This document shows, in pieces, positions 1 through 9,308 of a DNA stretch of 64,000 bases. The translations under genes and the position numbers were made by a program. The notes beneath the pieces were generated by a model. That model did not search any database, was not told where the DNA came from, and was given only the letters and a program-made list of their open reading frames with translations. Numbering within the stretch: the first letter of the stretch is position 1; every line of letters starts with the position of its first letter. Origin of the DNA: Patescibacteria group bacterium (GTDB lineage: Bacteria > Patescibacteriota > Microgenomatia > UBA1400 > PJMF01); the NCBI GenBank assembly GCA_016861205.1, contig BOKX01000001.1, forward strand, positions 328,539 through 392,538, written 5' to 3'.

Positions 1-489
1 CCACTGCACATGTGATACGAACAACATACTACCCATGCTGGCTAGATAAACAATCAGCGTCCCCAAATCAGGTTCAAGGGCAACCAAGATGGCGGGCACT
101 CCAATTACTACGCCCAAACCCACAAAATCTTTGACTTGGAGTTTGGTTTTCGTTACCAACTCAGCAACAACCAACCCCACAAAGGGAATAGCCAACTGGG
201 AAGGCTGGATCGAGAACCAACCACCGATATCGATCCAAGCTGCGATACCTCGAGTGGTTTGGCCGATGGCTAAAGGAATACACAACCCAATAACCAGTAG
301 CACATACAGTCCCCAGCGCCAGGCGCTCAAACGATGATATGACCACTGGCTTACAAAACTGAAAATGATCACACCCAGTACTAAATACACCAGCTGCTGA
401 ATAGCGAGCTGTGGGGCCACACTCCGCAGAGTCAGCACACCCAACAAACCCATCACTGTAATCACAAGAGGCAACAACCAACTCCGCAT
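1..489 (-). CDS. rodA: SEDS family peptidoglycan glycosyltransferase, RodA-like (5' part; runs off the window edge)
   Basis: Not in the ORF track. Manual translation from ATG at 489 gives MRSWLLPLVITVMGLLGVLTLRSV...RGIAAWIDIGGWFSIQPSQLA...LEPDLGTLIVY, with the SEDS motifs W-I-x-x-G-x-x-S-I-QPS and EPDLGT. A separate ftsW lies in the dcw cluster, so this copy is probably RodA. Confidence 0.85.
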   Translation of the reverse strand, partial: MRSWLLPLVITVMGLLGVLTLRSVAPQLAIQQLVYLVLGVIIFSFVSQWSYHRLSAWRWGLYVLLVIGLCIPLAIGQTTRGIAAWIDIGGWFSIQPSQLAIPFVGLVVAELVTKTKLQVKDFVGLGVVIGVPAILVALEPDLGTLIVYLASMGSMLFVSHVQW

Positions 490-496
490 GGCGAAG

Positions 497-3310
497 CTAT
501 TGTAGCTGGAGGGTGTCACCTTTGACTAGCTTGGTCTTGGTTTTGGTTTCGATCTGTGTCTGCCACTCGGCTGGCCAACTTGGAAGTTGCACTGTCACTA
601 CATCGTCAGGTTGCAACTTGTGCGTCCGGCGCAGATTTTGAATGTCCCGCATCAACTCCCGGGCCTCGCCTTCGGCTTTCAACTCTGGGGTCAGCTGGGT
701 GTCAAGCTCGACATTCAGACCTTCAGCGGCTGTTAACCACTCAATTTGTTTGATATTGACCTCAGCGGCCAAAATAGCCAGGGCCTCGCTACTTGGTTTT
801 GGCTGCGAGGTTGACACTGTCACCTTGGCCAGCGGTTGGCGGACTTTCAAAGCAGCCTGTTTGCGGGCAGCATGGATCGCCTCGGTGGCTGTCTGGATAG
901 CTGCCATTTCGGTTTCAAGTTGCTCTGAGACCCATGTCTCGTTTGCCGTCGGCCAATCAGTGTGATGGATAGAGGTGTCAGCATCAACCATAGCTTGATG
1001 GATCACCTCACTAAAAAATGGTGTGATTGGCGCAAACAACTGTGCCAAAGTATAGAGAGCATACCCAAACACTTGGCTGACCTCGGATCGGCTGTCGCCT
1101 TTCAAGCGATCTCGGCTTAGGCGGAGATACCAAGTTGAAAGTTGGTCAACAAAAGCCATCAGCGTACGACTGGCCCGAACAACATCGTAACCATCCAGTT
1201 GTTCTGTGACTTGCTGAATAGTGTGCTCAACACGACTGAGTAGCCATTTGTCCAAAATATGCTTTGGCGGCACTTCGGGTTTAGCCACTCCAGCGGTTGT
1301 GTCAGCAAACTGTCGGTAAAAGCCCAGCATGTTCCACCACACCACGAATACTTTTCGGCGAATGTCGGCAACCTCTTTTTCAGCAAAGTTTAAGTTCTCA
1401 GACTTCATGACTGTTGAGCTCATCAAGTACAGCCGTAGACTGTCAACCCCATAGGTATTGATCAAAATCATTGGATCGGGGTAGTTTTGTTTCGACTTAC
1501 TCATTTTGCTACCGTCTTCAGCCAAAATGGTCCCCGTGGTCAAGACATTTTCAAATGGTGGCTTGCCAAAGATACCAGTTGAGATAACGTGCATGGTGTA
1601 AAACCAAGCCCGTGTTTGAGCAATGTACTCACTGACAAATTGTGCGGGGTAGTTTTGCTCAAACTCGTCTTTGTGTTCAAACGGATAGTGGATGGCGGCA
1701 AACGGCATGGAACCTGACTCCACCCAGCAATCAAACACTTCAGGAATACGCCGCCCTTTGATCGTCTTGGCCTCGTCAACCCAAACTTCGATCGCATCGA
1801 GGTATTCTCGGTGAATGTCACTGAGTTCTGCCTTAGCGGGATTGACGGCCCATTGTTTCAACTCGGCAACCGAACCAATCACTCGACGCTGCTTGCCGTC
1901 CGCTGACTGCCAAATTGGCATGGGTGTTCCCCAATAGCGAGACCGTGAAATGTTCCAGTCCGGCGCATTTTCTAAACCTTTTTGGAACCGACCATGTTTA
2001 AGATGAGCTGGAAACCAGTTGATCTGCTCATTGTTGGCTAACAACTTGTCGCGCAACTGAGCGATATCGATAAACCAAGCCGGTAGGGGTGCGTAGTACA
2101 AACGGGTACCACAGCGATAACACGTCGCCACACTATGGGTGTGGGGTTCATCACGATAGATCAAGTTGCGTTGAGCTAACTCAGCATTCACCAAAGGATT
2201 AACAGCTAAAATATCCATGCCTGCCCAAGGTTTTACCTCTGCTCTCAACTTACCTTCCTCATCGACGTGTTCAACCAACTGAATGTGGTGGTCAGTCATG
2301 ACTCGGTAGTCGTCTTCACCATAAATGGCGAGTGTTACGATACCCGTACCTTCTTCAGCGGTCACAAACTCGTCAGCCACCACCACCCCAAACTGTTCGT
2401 CGCCAATGCGCTCAGGATAGAAATCAAAGTGGGGTGTAAACGTCACCTCAGCCAGCTCTCGCCCACTCATGGTCGCAACCACTTCATAGGGCTCATCTTT
2501 TAACTCACTAAGTCTGGTCTCGGCCAAGATGTACTGTTCGCCACCTTGTTTGACTTTGACGTACTTGAGGTCTGGATTGACAGCTAAAGCTGGCGTCGCC
2601 AGTTTGTTCCAAGGCGTGGTCGACCAAGCAAGTAAGTACGTATCTTGTTCACCAACAACGGGATATTTATACGTGGTCCCAGGCTCAGTCACCTCTTGGT
2701 AACTGTTGTCCATGGCAATCTCAAAATTGGACAGAGGCGTGGCGCAACGAGGACAGTACAAAATCACTTTGCGGCCTTCGTACACGAGACCCTTATCCCA
2801 GAGCTGTTGAAAACCCCACCACACTGACTCCATGAATGTGGCATCCATGGTTTTGTAGTTGTGTTCAAAATCAACCCAGCGCCCGAGACGCCCAATGATC
2901 TTCTCCCACTCTTTGTCTAGTCGCATCACTTCAGCCCGGCAGGCGTCGTTAAACTTGTCGATACCGAGGCTTTCGATGCCTTTTTTGCCATTTTTGATCT
3001 CGAGCTTTTTCTCGATCATGTTTTCGATTGGCAGACCATGGCAATCCCAACCCCAAACCCGCTCCACACGGTAGCCTTTCATGGTCCAGTAGCGAGGAAT
3101 CACATCTTTGGTAGTTGAAGCGAGTAAATGCCCATAATGAGGCATCCCAGTTGCAAACGGGGGCCCGTCATAGAACACGTATGACTTGTCGGCTGACCGT
3201 TGCTCAACTGATTTCTCAAAAGCTTGCGTGTTCTGCCAAAATGTCAAAACCGCTTCCTCAAGCTCAGGGAAAGCTGGCGGCTGGGTAAAGGTGTGGGTTT
3301 TAGTTGGCAT
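497..3310 (-). CDS. ileS: Isoleucine--tRNA ligase, type 2 (IleRS2)
   Basis: FYDGPPFATGMPHYGH (HIGH), GWDCHGLP, DWNISRSRYWGTP and KMSKS; the C-terminus lacks the type 1 zinc finger. An upstream T-box with an AUC specifier agrees. Confidence 0.97.
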   Translation of the reverse strand: MPTKTHTFTQPPAFPELEEAVLTFWQNTQAFEKSVEQRSADKSYVFYDGPPFATGMPHYGHLLASTTKDVIPRYWTMKGYRVERVWGWDCHGLPIENMIEKKLEIKNGKKGIESLGIDKFNDACRAEVMRLDKEWEKIIGRLGRWVDFEHNYKTMDATFMESVWWGFQQLWDKGLVYEGRKVILYCPRCATPLSNFEIAMDNSYQEVTEPGTTYKYPVVGEQDTYLLAWSTTPWNKLATPALAVNPDLKYVKVKQGGEQYILAETRLSELKDEPYEVVATMSGRELAEVTFTPHFDFYPERIGDEQFGVVVADEFVTAEEGTGIVTLAIYGEDDYRVMTDHHIQLVEHVDEEGKLRAEVKPWAGMDILAVNPLVNAELAQRNLIYRDEPHTHSVATCYRCGTRLYYAPLPAWFIDIAQLRDKLLANNEQINWFPAHLKHGRFQKGLENAPDWNISRSRYWGTPMPIWQSADGKQRRVIGSVAELKQWAVNPAKAELSDIHREYLDAIEVWVDEAKTIKGRRIPEVFDCWVESGSMPFAAIHYPFEHKDEFEQNYPAQFVSEYIAQTRAWFYTMHVISTGIFGKPPFENVLTTGTILAEDGSKMSKSKQNYPDPMILINTYGVDSLRLYLMSSTVMKSENLNFAEKEVADIRRKVFVVWWNMLGFYRQFADTTAGVAKPEVPPKHILDKWLLSRVEHTIQQVTEQLDGYDVVRASRTLMAFVDQLSTWYLRLSRDRLKGDSRSEVSQVFGYALYTLAQLFAPITPFFSEVIHQAMVDADTSIHHTDWPTANETWVSEQLETEMAAIQTATEAIHAARKQAALKVRQPLAKVTVSTSQPKPSSEALAILAAEVNIKQIEWLTAAEGLNVELDTQLTPELKAEGEARELMRDIQNLRRTHKLQPDDVVTVQLPSWPAEWQTQIETKTKTKLVKGDTLQLQ

Positions 3311-3947
3311 GGGCAGTTTCCTTTGGCAGAACTAGTTTCATTCTGGCATTGATTTCATGCGTCTCACGCTGCAACTCACCCAAGTATGCCTGAAGGATGG
3401 CTGCTTCTTGGCGAGTGACCAAATCTGAGCTCTCTAAAGTCCCGGCCAGCGGTCGACCTTCTTCATCATAGCGTTGATACACGGCACTGTCATGAGAAAT
3501 ACCCAGTCGGGTTGGTCGCACATCAAGAGTGAGCAGGTGTCGCTGATCTATGATGTCTCTAATTACTAGCCGTCGAGAGATGTTGTTTGGCTCAAACTTG
3601 CCGGCAACTTGGTCATTTTGCCAAGTTGCCTCATAACGCAACTGTGCCTTTTTGAAGTCAAACCCAAACTGGACGGGCGTTGAGAGTGGAATATCTCTAG
3701 CGCCCAGTGCTCGCCAGTCATGCAGCCAAAAGGCGTTTTTGACGATGGCCTCTAAAATGGTCACTAAGTTGAAGGTGATACCTTCTTGAGCGGTCTCCTT
3801 ATCTCGGAAGAGTCGTGTACTATCGGTTTCATCACTAAAGATTGATACAGCGGCCAAGCCGTCAAAGCTGGTCAGATCGTACTCTTCCAGCCAAGCCTCG
3901 AGCTCGGCTTTGTTCAACTGCGGTCTGTTTTCAAAAGGCACTGACAT
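3300..3947 (-). CDS. Hypothetical protein, paralogue of 3969..4571
   Basis: 215 aa ORF with a GGAGAG RBS; overlaps the ileS start by 11 nt; shares colinear motifs with its neighbour (FNL-x-T-x-LE, FGFD..RY-x-ATW, RRL-x-I-x-D, EAAILQAYLG). Confidence 0.85.
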   Translation of the reverse strand: MSVPFENRPQLNKAELEAWLEEYDLTSFDGLAAVSIFSDETDSTRLFRDKETAQEGITFNLVTILEAIVKNAFWLHDWRALGARDIPLSTPVQFGFDFKKAQLRYEATWQNDQVAGKFEPNNISRRLVIRDIIDQRHLLTLDVRPTRLGISHDSAVYQRYDEEGRPLAGTLESSDLVTRQEAAILQAYLGELQRETHEINARMKLVLPKETAHAN

Positions 3948-3968
3948 ATGTTCTCTCCATTAGTAATA

Positions 3969-4571
3969 CTATTGTGGTTGGTTTGAGCTTGGTAGTTCTC
4001 TAGCGCGTTGAAGCAAGCGCCCGAGATACGCTTGTAAAATAGCTGCCTCTTTGGTGGTTAGGCTTGTTTCAGCTGATTGGGTTTTAACCTCACCGGTCTC
4101 GTTAAAGAATGAGTAGGCTGTTTCACGTTTGGAGTAGAGATCCTTTGTCGCTCTCAAATCAATACAAAACAAAAATGCCCCGGTGACTGCATCGGTAATT
4201 TTTAAACGACGATACTCAGCTTCAGAACCAGATTTTTGACCCAACCAAGTGGCTTGATAACGATCACAGTTGGTAACTGGATCGAACCCAAACGTGACTG
4301 ATTCGCCAAATTTAACTGAGATGCCACCTTGCTCTTGGCTGTAGCGACTCAATTTCGTCCCTTGCCGCATAATCTCTTCTAAGACAGTAGCTAGATTAAA
4401 ACTCACCGCATTAGCTTCTGGCTCTGTGAACACGTGTTCTGCCTCACTAGTGAACAAACTTAACGCCGCAAACCCTTCGAAAGCATCTAGTCCACGCTGA
4501 CCGGTATAAACTTCGTTTTCATAACCTGTTAGTTGCTTTGATGTTTCCACTATCGGCATTGGCATGGTCAA
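3969..4571 (-). CDS. Hypothetical protein, paralogue of 3300..3947 (start may be ATG 4565 or 4559)
   Basis: About 200 aa ORF directly after the T-box terminator; same motif set as its neighbour. Confidence 0.85.
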   Translation of the reverse strand: MTMPMPIVETSKQLTGYENEVYTGQRGLDAFEGFAALSLFTSEAEHVFTEPEANAVSFNLATVLEEIMRQGTKLSRYSQEQGGISVKFGESVTFGFDPVTNCDRYQATWLGQKSGSEAEYRRLKITDAVTGAFLFCIDLRATKDLYSKRETAYSFFNETGEVKTQSAETSLTTKEAAILQAYLGRLLQRARELPSSNQPQ

Positions 4572-4591
4572 ATCTTTCTCTTTTAACTACT

Positions 4592-4639
4592 AAAAAAGCC
4601 TCGATCAATCACGCTTAAGCATGATCAATCAAGGCTTTT
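4592..4639 (-). terminator. Intrinsic terminator (attenuator) of the Ile T-box
   Basis: 17-bp stem GCCUUGAUUGAUCAUGC-UUAA-GCGUGAUUGAUCGAGGC followed by U6; its 5' arm overlaps the 3' arm of the antiterminator. Confidence 0.9.
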
Positions 4640-4773
4640 CTCAAGAAGAGAAAAAGGTACCAACCTTGTGTACTTACTTCCAGCTGTTACGGGCTTGCCC
4701 GGCGCCATCTACTGCAGGTATGAACTGGTTCTCGGCGCACCTTGTTTGGTGATAGCCAAACTCGAGCGGTGTT
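4592..4773 (-). ncRNA. T-box riboswitch, Ile (AUC) specifier, ultra-short Stem I, transcription-attenuation type
   Basis: Minus strand: Stem I CACC-GCUC-GA-GUUUGG-CU[AUC]A-CCAAAC-AA-GGUG; Stem II CGCC-GA-GAA-C-CAG..CUG-C-AGUA-GAU-GGCG (S-turn); IIA CGGGC-AA-GCCCG-UAAC; T-box CAAGGU-UGGUACC, whose UGGU complements the ACCA end of tRNA-Ile; then a terminator. Confidence 0.9.
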
Positions 4774-4779
4774 AGCGCG

Positions 4780-4808
4780 ATTATACGTCAGATAGCTTGT
4801 TTGAGCAA
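4780..4808 (-). promoter_or_regulatory. Sigma70-type promoter for the Ile T-box leader
   Basis: TTGCTC (4803-4808), 17 nt, TATAAT (4780-4785); places +1 just before Stem I. Confidence 0.75.
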
Positions 4809-5738
4809 TTTCTGCTTACTTGTCACAAGTATGTCACGAGCTGCTTGGTATCGAGTTTGCCATGCTGGCAAGTAACTTTGCAACCATTTCTCAGTGGACT
4901 TTGGCGAAGTTTCCCAGGTACTTAATTGGCCATTAACCATGACCAAACTGGCGTAGTACTTCTCTAGTTGGTCATAAAACTGGGTTGCTTCATCCAAGTA
5001 GCGATTGGTAATCAGCCACTCAACACATACCGTGCTAAGCCGGTTGGTGTTAATTGAACCTTCATTCCCTTTGTTCTCTTTTTCAAGGTCACTATTTGTT
5101 TTGAGTGTGGACAAAATTGAGTCCAAAGCTTTGATGTTTGACTCACACTCATTGAGCAGTGCCTCCAGACGGCGGATGTTTTGGTCACGGTCAAGCGTTT
5201 GCACTAAGCTACCCCTGCCCCCTATTACTTCCAGTACAGTACTGTCGATGCCTTGCGGATTATGAACACAATCAGTTAAGGCTGTTTTAAAGGCCTTTCG
5301 AAATTCCTCCATCTTGATGTGGTCATTCGGGTAGTAAGTAAGTGTTCCTTTATTACTGATGTCGAATGGTAGTGGTTTAGGGCTGTTCACATCTCGGATA
5401 GTGATTGTGCCATGTTTAAAACTTTGTCGAACGCCCAGTTCCCAAAAGACGTTGGCGTTGTTATCTGTTGTGTCGACAACAACCACTGGGGCATTAACTA
5501 ACTCTAAGATAATTTCAGCTTGTAGATTGCCTCTTACCGCTTCAGAGCGTTTTACCTTCAGTTGTGTGTTTTCTTCGATCAAGGGTTTGAGGAATTTTTC
5601 GTAATGTTCCGTCCAGTAACTTTCGGTGTGCTCCTCGGTTGTTTTGCTGAATGGCATCACCACAAAACACGTGTTACTTGTGACTTGTGTGCTCTGTGGC
5701 AAATTTGCTGCTTTTGGGGCACGTTTCTTCCTTGCCAT
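4788..5738 (-). CDS. Nucleoside 2-deoxyribosyltransferase-like / TIR-like N-terminal domain plus helical C-terminal domain
   Basis: CFVVMPFS ... VVVDTTDNNANVFWELGVR ... LPFDI matches the CFV-x-MPF / N-x-NV-x-x-ELG / LPFD pattern of this Rossmannoid family. Confidence 0.7.
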   Translation of the reverse strand: MARKKRAPKAANLPQSTQVTSNTCFVVMPFSKTTEEHTESYWTEHYEKFLKPLIEENTQLKVKRSEAVRGNLQAEIILELVNAPVVVVDTTDNNANVFWELGVRQSFKHGTITIRDVNSPKPLPFDISNKGTLTYYPNDHIKMEEFRKAFKTALTDCVHNPQGIDSTVLEVIGGRGSLVQTLDRDQNIRRLEALLNECESNIKALDSILSTLKTNSDLEKENKGNEGSINTNRLSTVCVEWLITNRYLDEATQFYDQLEKYYASLVMVNGQLSTWETSPKSTEKWLQSYLPAWQTRYQAARDILVTSKQKLLKQAI

Positions 5739-5768
5739 ATAATGCTTTCTGGGGCAGGAAAATGTGGT

Positions 5769-7073
5769 CTACTTTTGTCTCAAAAAAGCCGGGATCTCAA
5801 ACTCGTCATCAAACGAGTCGTCACTCTGAGCCTGATCAGCTGGTTGACCAGCTGGCGGTGCGGCACCAGTTAAGACTGGTGGATTAACTGAATCACCAAA
5901 AGCTTGTGATTTGACAAATGGTTGATGACCACTCATGGCCGACACGTTTTGTGCTGGCATAGAAGCAGCAGGCAGTGGTTGGGTAAATGAACCTGGTGCC
6001 CGGTCAATTTTAGGAGCAGCTGGTTCTTCTTTTGCAGGTGCTGGTGTCAAACGCCGTTGCGAGTCACGACCGTAGGCTCCAAAAATTGGTCGAGTCGCGG
6101 CTGCATAGCCCATTTGGCGCTCATCAAAACCAGTCGCAATGACACTGATTTTGATCTTCGAGCCCATGTTCTCATCAATGGTAGCTCCGAAAATAATGTT
6201 GGCTTCTGGGTGGGCAGCATTCGCAATCAGCGCCGAGGCGTCAGAAACTTCACTCATGGTCATGTCCGGACCACCGATGATGTTGTAGAGAATACCTCGA
6301 GCGCCATCAATGGAAACTTCCAATAATGGTGAAGAGATTGCCATGCGAGCCGCTGTTGAAGCTCGATTCTCACCAGTGGCTTCACCAATCCCCATCAATG
6401 CTGAACCAGAGTCCAACATAATGGTCTTTACATCGGCAAAGTCGACGTTAATTAAGCCTGGGACAGTAATCAAATCAGAGATACCTTGTACACCTTGTCC
6501 TAAAACATTGTCAGCTAAACGGAACGCGTCCAACAAGGTCATTTTCTTATCGACGACATCCATGAGACGTTGGTTGGGGATCACAATGAGGGTATCAACG
6601 TGGTCTTTCAAACTGTCGATACCTTCTTCAGCAGACTGCATCCTGCGAATACCTTCAAAAGCAAATGGCTTGGTAACCACTGCCACGGTCAGAGCACCAG
6701 ATTCTTTGGCGATTTCAGCAATAATTGGTGAGGCCCCGGTTCCGGTGCCACCACCCATACCGGCGGTGATAAAAACCATGTCAGTATCAAAAAGCAGTTC
6801 TTTAATTTTTTCACGACTTTCTTCGGCTGCAGTTCGGCCAACGTCAGGGTCAGCACCCGAACCAAGCCCTTTGGTAAAGTTATTGCCGATTTGGAGTTTT
6901 GTTTCTGCTTTGGAGGTTAAAAGCGCCTGTGCATCAGTGTTAACAGTGATGAACTCAACACCTTGAATTTGATTGGAAGAGATCATGGAGTTGACGGCGT
7001 TACCACCACCACCACCAACACCGATAACTTTAATCTTGGCAAACGTAGTATTTGAGGGTTTAACAAGTCCCAT
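5769..7073 (-). CDS. ftsZ: Cell division protein FtsZ
   Basis: [17 protein letters not shown] tubulin signature, INVDFADV, C-terminal EIPAFLRQK. Confidence 0.99.
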   Translation of the reverse strand: MGLVKPSNTTFAKIKVIGVGGGGGNAVNSMISSNQIQGVEFITVNTDAQALLTSKAETKLQIGNNFTKGLGSGADPDVGRTAAEESREKIKELLFDTDMVFITAGMGGGTGTGASPIIAEIAKESGALTVAVVTKPFAFEGIRRMQSAEEGIDSLKDHVDTLIVIPNQRLMDVVDKKMTLLDAFRLADNVLGQGVQGISDLITVPGLINVDFADVKTIMLDSGSALMGIGEATGENRASTAARMAISSPLLEVSIDGARGILYNIIGGPDMTMSEVSDASALIANAAHPEANIIFGATIDENMGSKIKISVIATGFDERQMGYAAATRPIFGAYGRDSQRRLTPAPAKEEPAAPKIDRAPGSFTQPLPAASMPAQNVSAMSGHQPFVKSQAFGDSVNPPVLTGAAPPAGQPADQAQSDDSFDDEFEIPAFLRQK

Positions 7074-7168
7074 ATCGCATCCTTACCATTGGGCGGCTAT
7101 CTGGTGCTAGTCCAAAGTGTATCATACTTTGCCCGCTGATGGTGAGTGCCAAATCAGCAGCGCATTAT

Positions 7169-8479
7169 TTAAGGAATCAGTGACCGAATCAAGTGGGTAA
7201 TTTTGCCGAGTAACTGGTCTGGCTTTGCCCCACTAAACATTGAACCCAAGGCCAGACTTGGTGAAGCTGAACGAGTGTTTCCTTGACGACGACCGTACTC
7301 TAACAAACCGACCGCAGCCGCGTAGCTTGGCTTGTGAATGTCAGCAATCATGCCCTGCAGCTCGACAGGCTTCCCAACCCGAGCGGGCAAGTTTAAAACT
7401 CGTTTCGCAACCTCAACCATGCCGACGGTTTCGGCACCGCCACCTGTCAAGACCAATCCAGCCGGAACCAACTCAAGAAGATGGTGGTTTGTCAGGTGTT
7501 GGCCAACCATGGTCATGATTTCCTTCATGCGAGGCACCATAATGCCTTCTACTAAGGCTTTCTTTGACAAAACATCGACTTGTTCGTCAATGCCAAGCAC
7601 CGAGATATCGAGTTGGTCAGCTTTCTTGCGACGCTTAGCCAACTCTTCTTTTGACTCACCAGGAATAGGTGTCACCGCATTTAACTCTTCGTTACCCAAG
7701 GCGAGTTTGATTTTTTCTGCTGAATCAAGGCTTATACGACACCCGAGGGCAATGTCCTGAGTGATATGTCTAGCGCCGATCGGCAACGACGCGGTATACG
7801 CTAATGAACCATCAACAAACACACAAATCGAAGTTGAACCAGCTCCAATATCCACTGCAACTACGCCCAACTCCTTTTCTGTTTCCGACAAAATCACTTC
7901 GCTACTTGCCAAACCCGTAAATACAAATCCATCAACGGTTAACCCCACATCATGAACACACTTCTCAATGTTACGGAGAGCCGTAGTCATGGCTGTGATT
8001 ATATGAGCCTCAGACTCCAAACGAACGCCAGTCATCCCAACTGGGTCTTTAATACCATCCTGTGAGTCAACTTTAAAGTTTTTGGGGATGACGTGGATAA
8101 TCTCCCGATCAGCCGGCAGTGAAACAGCGCGAGCCGCCTCGATCACTCGAGCTACGTCTTCTTTGATTATTTCTTGATTGGGTGCAGCAACTGCCACCAC
8201 ACCTTTGGAGTTTTGAGACGCGATGTGATTACCACCGATGGCCACAAAAGCACTCTTCACTTCAAAACCGGCCATCCGCTCCGCAGCGTCTAAACTCTCA
8301 GTGATAGTTTCCAGGACTTGTTCTAGATCTACGATTGTACTTTTACGCATTCCCCGCGATGAAGCTGCGGCAGCTCCAACTACCCGCAGTTGCTTAGTAG
8401 CTTCATCAAACGTCGCAATCAAGGTGACACATTTGTCTGTGCCTAAATCGATAGCGGTAATAGGTGTAACGCGCGACAT
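7169..8479 (-). CDS. ftsA: Cell division protein FtsA
   Basis: AIDLGTDK, DIGAGST, VLTGGGA; adjacent to ftsZ. Confidence 0.97.
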   Translation of the reverse strand: MSRVTPITAIDLGTDKCVTLIATFDEATKQLRVVGAAAASSRGMRKSTIVDLEQVLETITESLDAAERMAGFEVKSAFVAIGGNHIASQNSKGVVAVAAPNQEIIKEDVARVIEAARAVSLPADREIIHVIPKNFKVDSQDGIKDPVGMTGVRLESEAHIITAMTTALRNIEKCVHDVGLTVDGFVFTGLASSEVILSETEKELGVVAVDIGAGSTSICVFVDGSLAYTASLPIGARHITQDIALGCRISLDSAEKIKLALGNEELNAVTPIPGESKEELAKRRKKADQLDISVLGIDEQVDVLSKKALVEGIMVPRMKEIMTMVGQHLTNHHLLELVPAGLVLTGGGAETVGMVEVAKRVLNLPARVGKPVELQGMIADIHKPSYAAAVGLLEYGRRQGNTRSASPSLALGSMFSGAKPDQLLGKITHLIRSLIP

Positions 8480-8560
8480 AGTATGGATACCTTACAGCAT
8501 AGCAAACTATCTTCACTACTGTCGAGTATTGCGACTGGCGCATTTATCCAGTCAACTACT

Positions 8561-9304
8561 CTAGTTTGATGTAGTTCTTACTACTGGCAGCTTGTAACGA
8601 ACATCAAACTCCATCACTCCACTCGGTAACTGTTCCAAATCCCTGGCCTGTAACAGAAGCTCTAACCGTTGGACTTGTAACTTTGGCTGATCACTATCGA
8701 TAACACCTCGGCCACCAGATTCTAGGTGAACAATGACTAAGTTATCGTTCATTAACTCTAAGCCTTTGAGTGGAATTTGGCTTTGCTCCAAGGCGGAGAC
8801 CAGCTCCCATAGAAAAGTGTGCAAACTTGGTTTAACTGCGTCACTAGCAATCACTGAACCCAAATCTTGTTGCGTTACAACTATCGGAGCTGTTAAAGCA
8901 CCATTCCACACCATCGGAAAAACTCGACCTTGTTGATTAACAACCCAACCCTCACTTGCACCTGTTTGCGAAATTCCATACGCAATTGATTTGATTTCGG
9001 CATGTAGTCGCAAGGTGCTCGGCAACTCTCTTGTCAACCCAACTACAGAGAAACCTCCGGCTCCCAACTCAGAACGCAAGTTTTCAACGTTCTTGGGCCA
9101 GAGTAACCACTGTCCCTTATGTCCTTTTGCGATGTCTAAGGCCGCCGGTGGACATGGTTGTTGATCGACCCGACAAATGATTGTTTCGATTCGAAACGTG
9201 CTCACCCAGCCCAAAGCAATGATGGCTGGGAGCAACCACCAGACTTGCCTCACCCCCAGGAGGAGTTTTGACCCCGATGAACCATCTGTAGGCAGTTTGG
9301 ACAT
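8561..9304 (-). CDS. ftsQ: Divergent FtsQ/DivIB-like cell division protein
   Basis: Single N-terminal TM, POTRA-like segment (RELPSTLRL), C-terminal FDVRYKLPVVR; located between murG and ftsA. Confidence 0.65.
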   Translation of the reverse strand: MSKLPTDGSSGSKLLLGVRQVWWLLPAIIALGWVSTFRIETIICRVDQQPCPPAALDIAKGHKGQWLLWPKNVENLRSELGAGGFSVVGLTRELPSTLRLHAEIKSIAYGISQTGASEGWVVNQQGRVFPMVWNGALTAPIVVTQQDLGSVIASDAVKPSLHTFLWELVSALEQSQIPLKGLELMNDNLVIVHLESGGRGVIDSDQPKLQVQRLELLLQARDLEQLPSGVMEFDVRYKLPVVRTTSN

Positions 9305-9308
9305 ACCC

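Noticed and set aside
161-481. 106 aa minus-strand ORF in the track
   Set aside because: Alternative frame of rodA; the frame starting at 489 carries the SEDS motifs.
3125-3170. Possible mupirocin hyper-resistance signature in IleRS2
   Set aside because: The motif is the ordinary HYGH, not the swapped GxHH form.
6310-6966. 218 aa plus-strand ORF
   Set aside because: Antisense shadow of ftsZ with no recognisable motifs.
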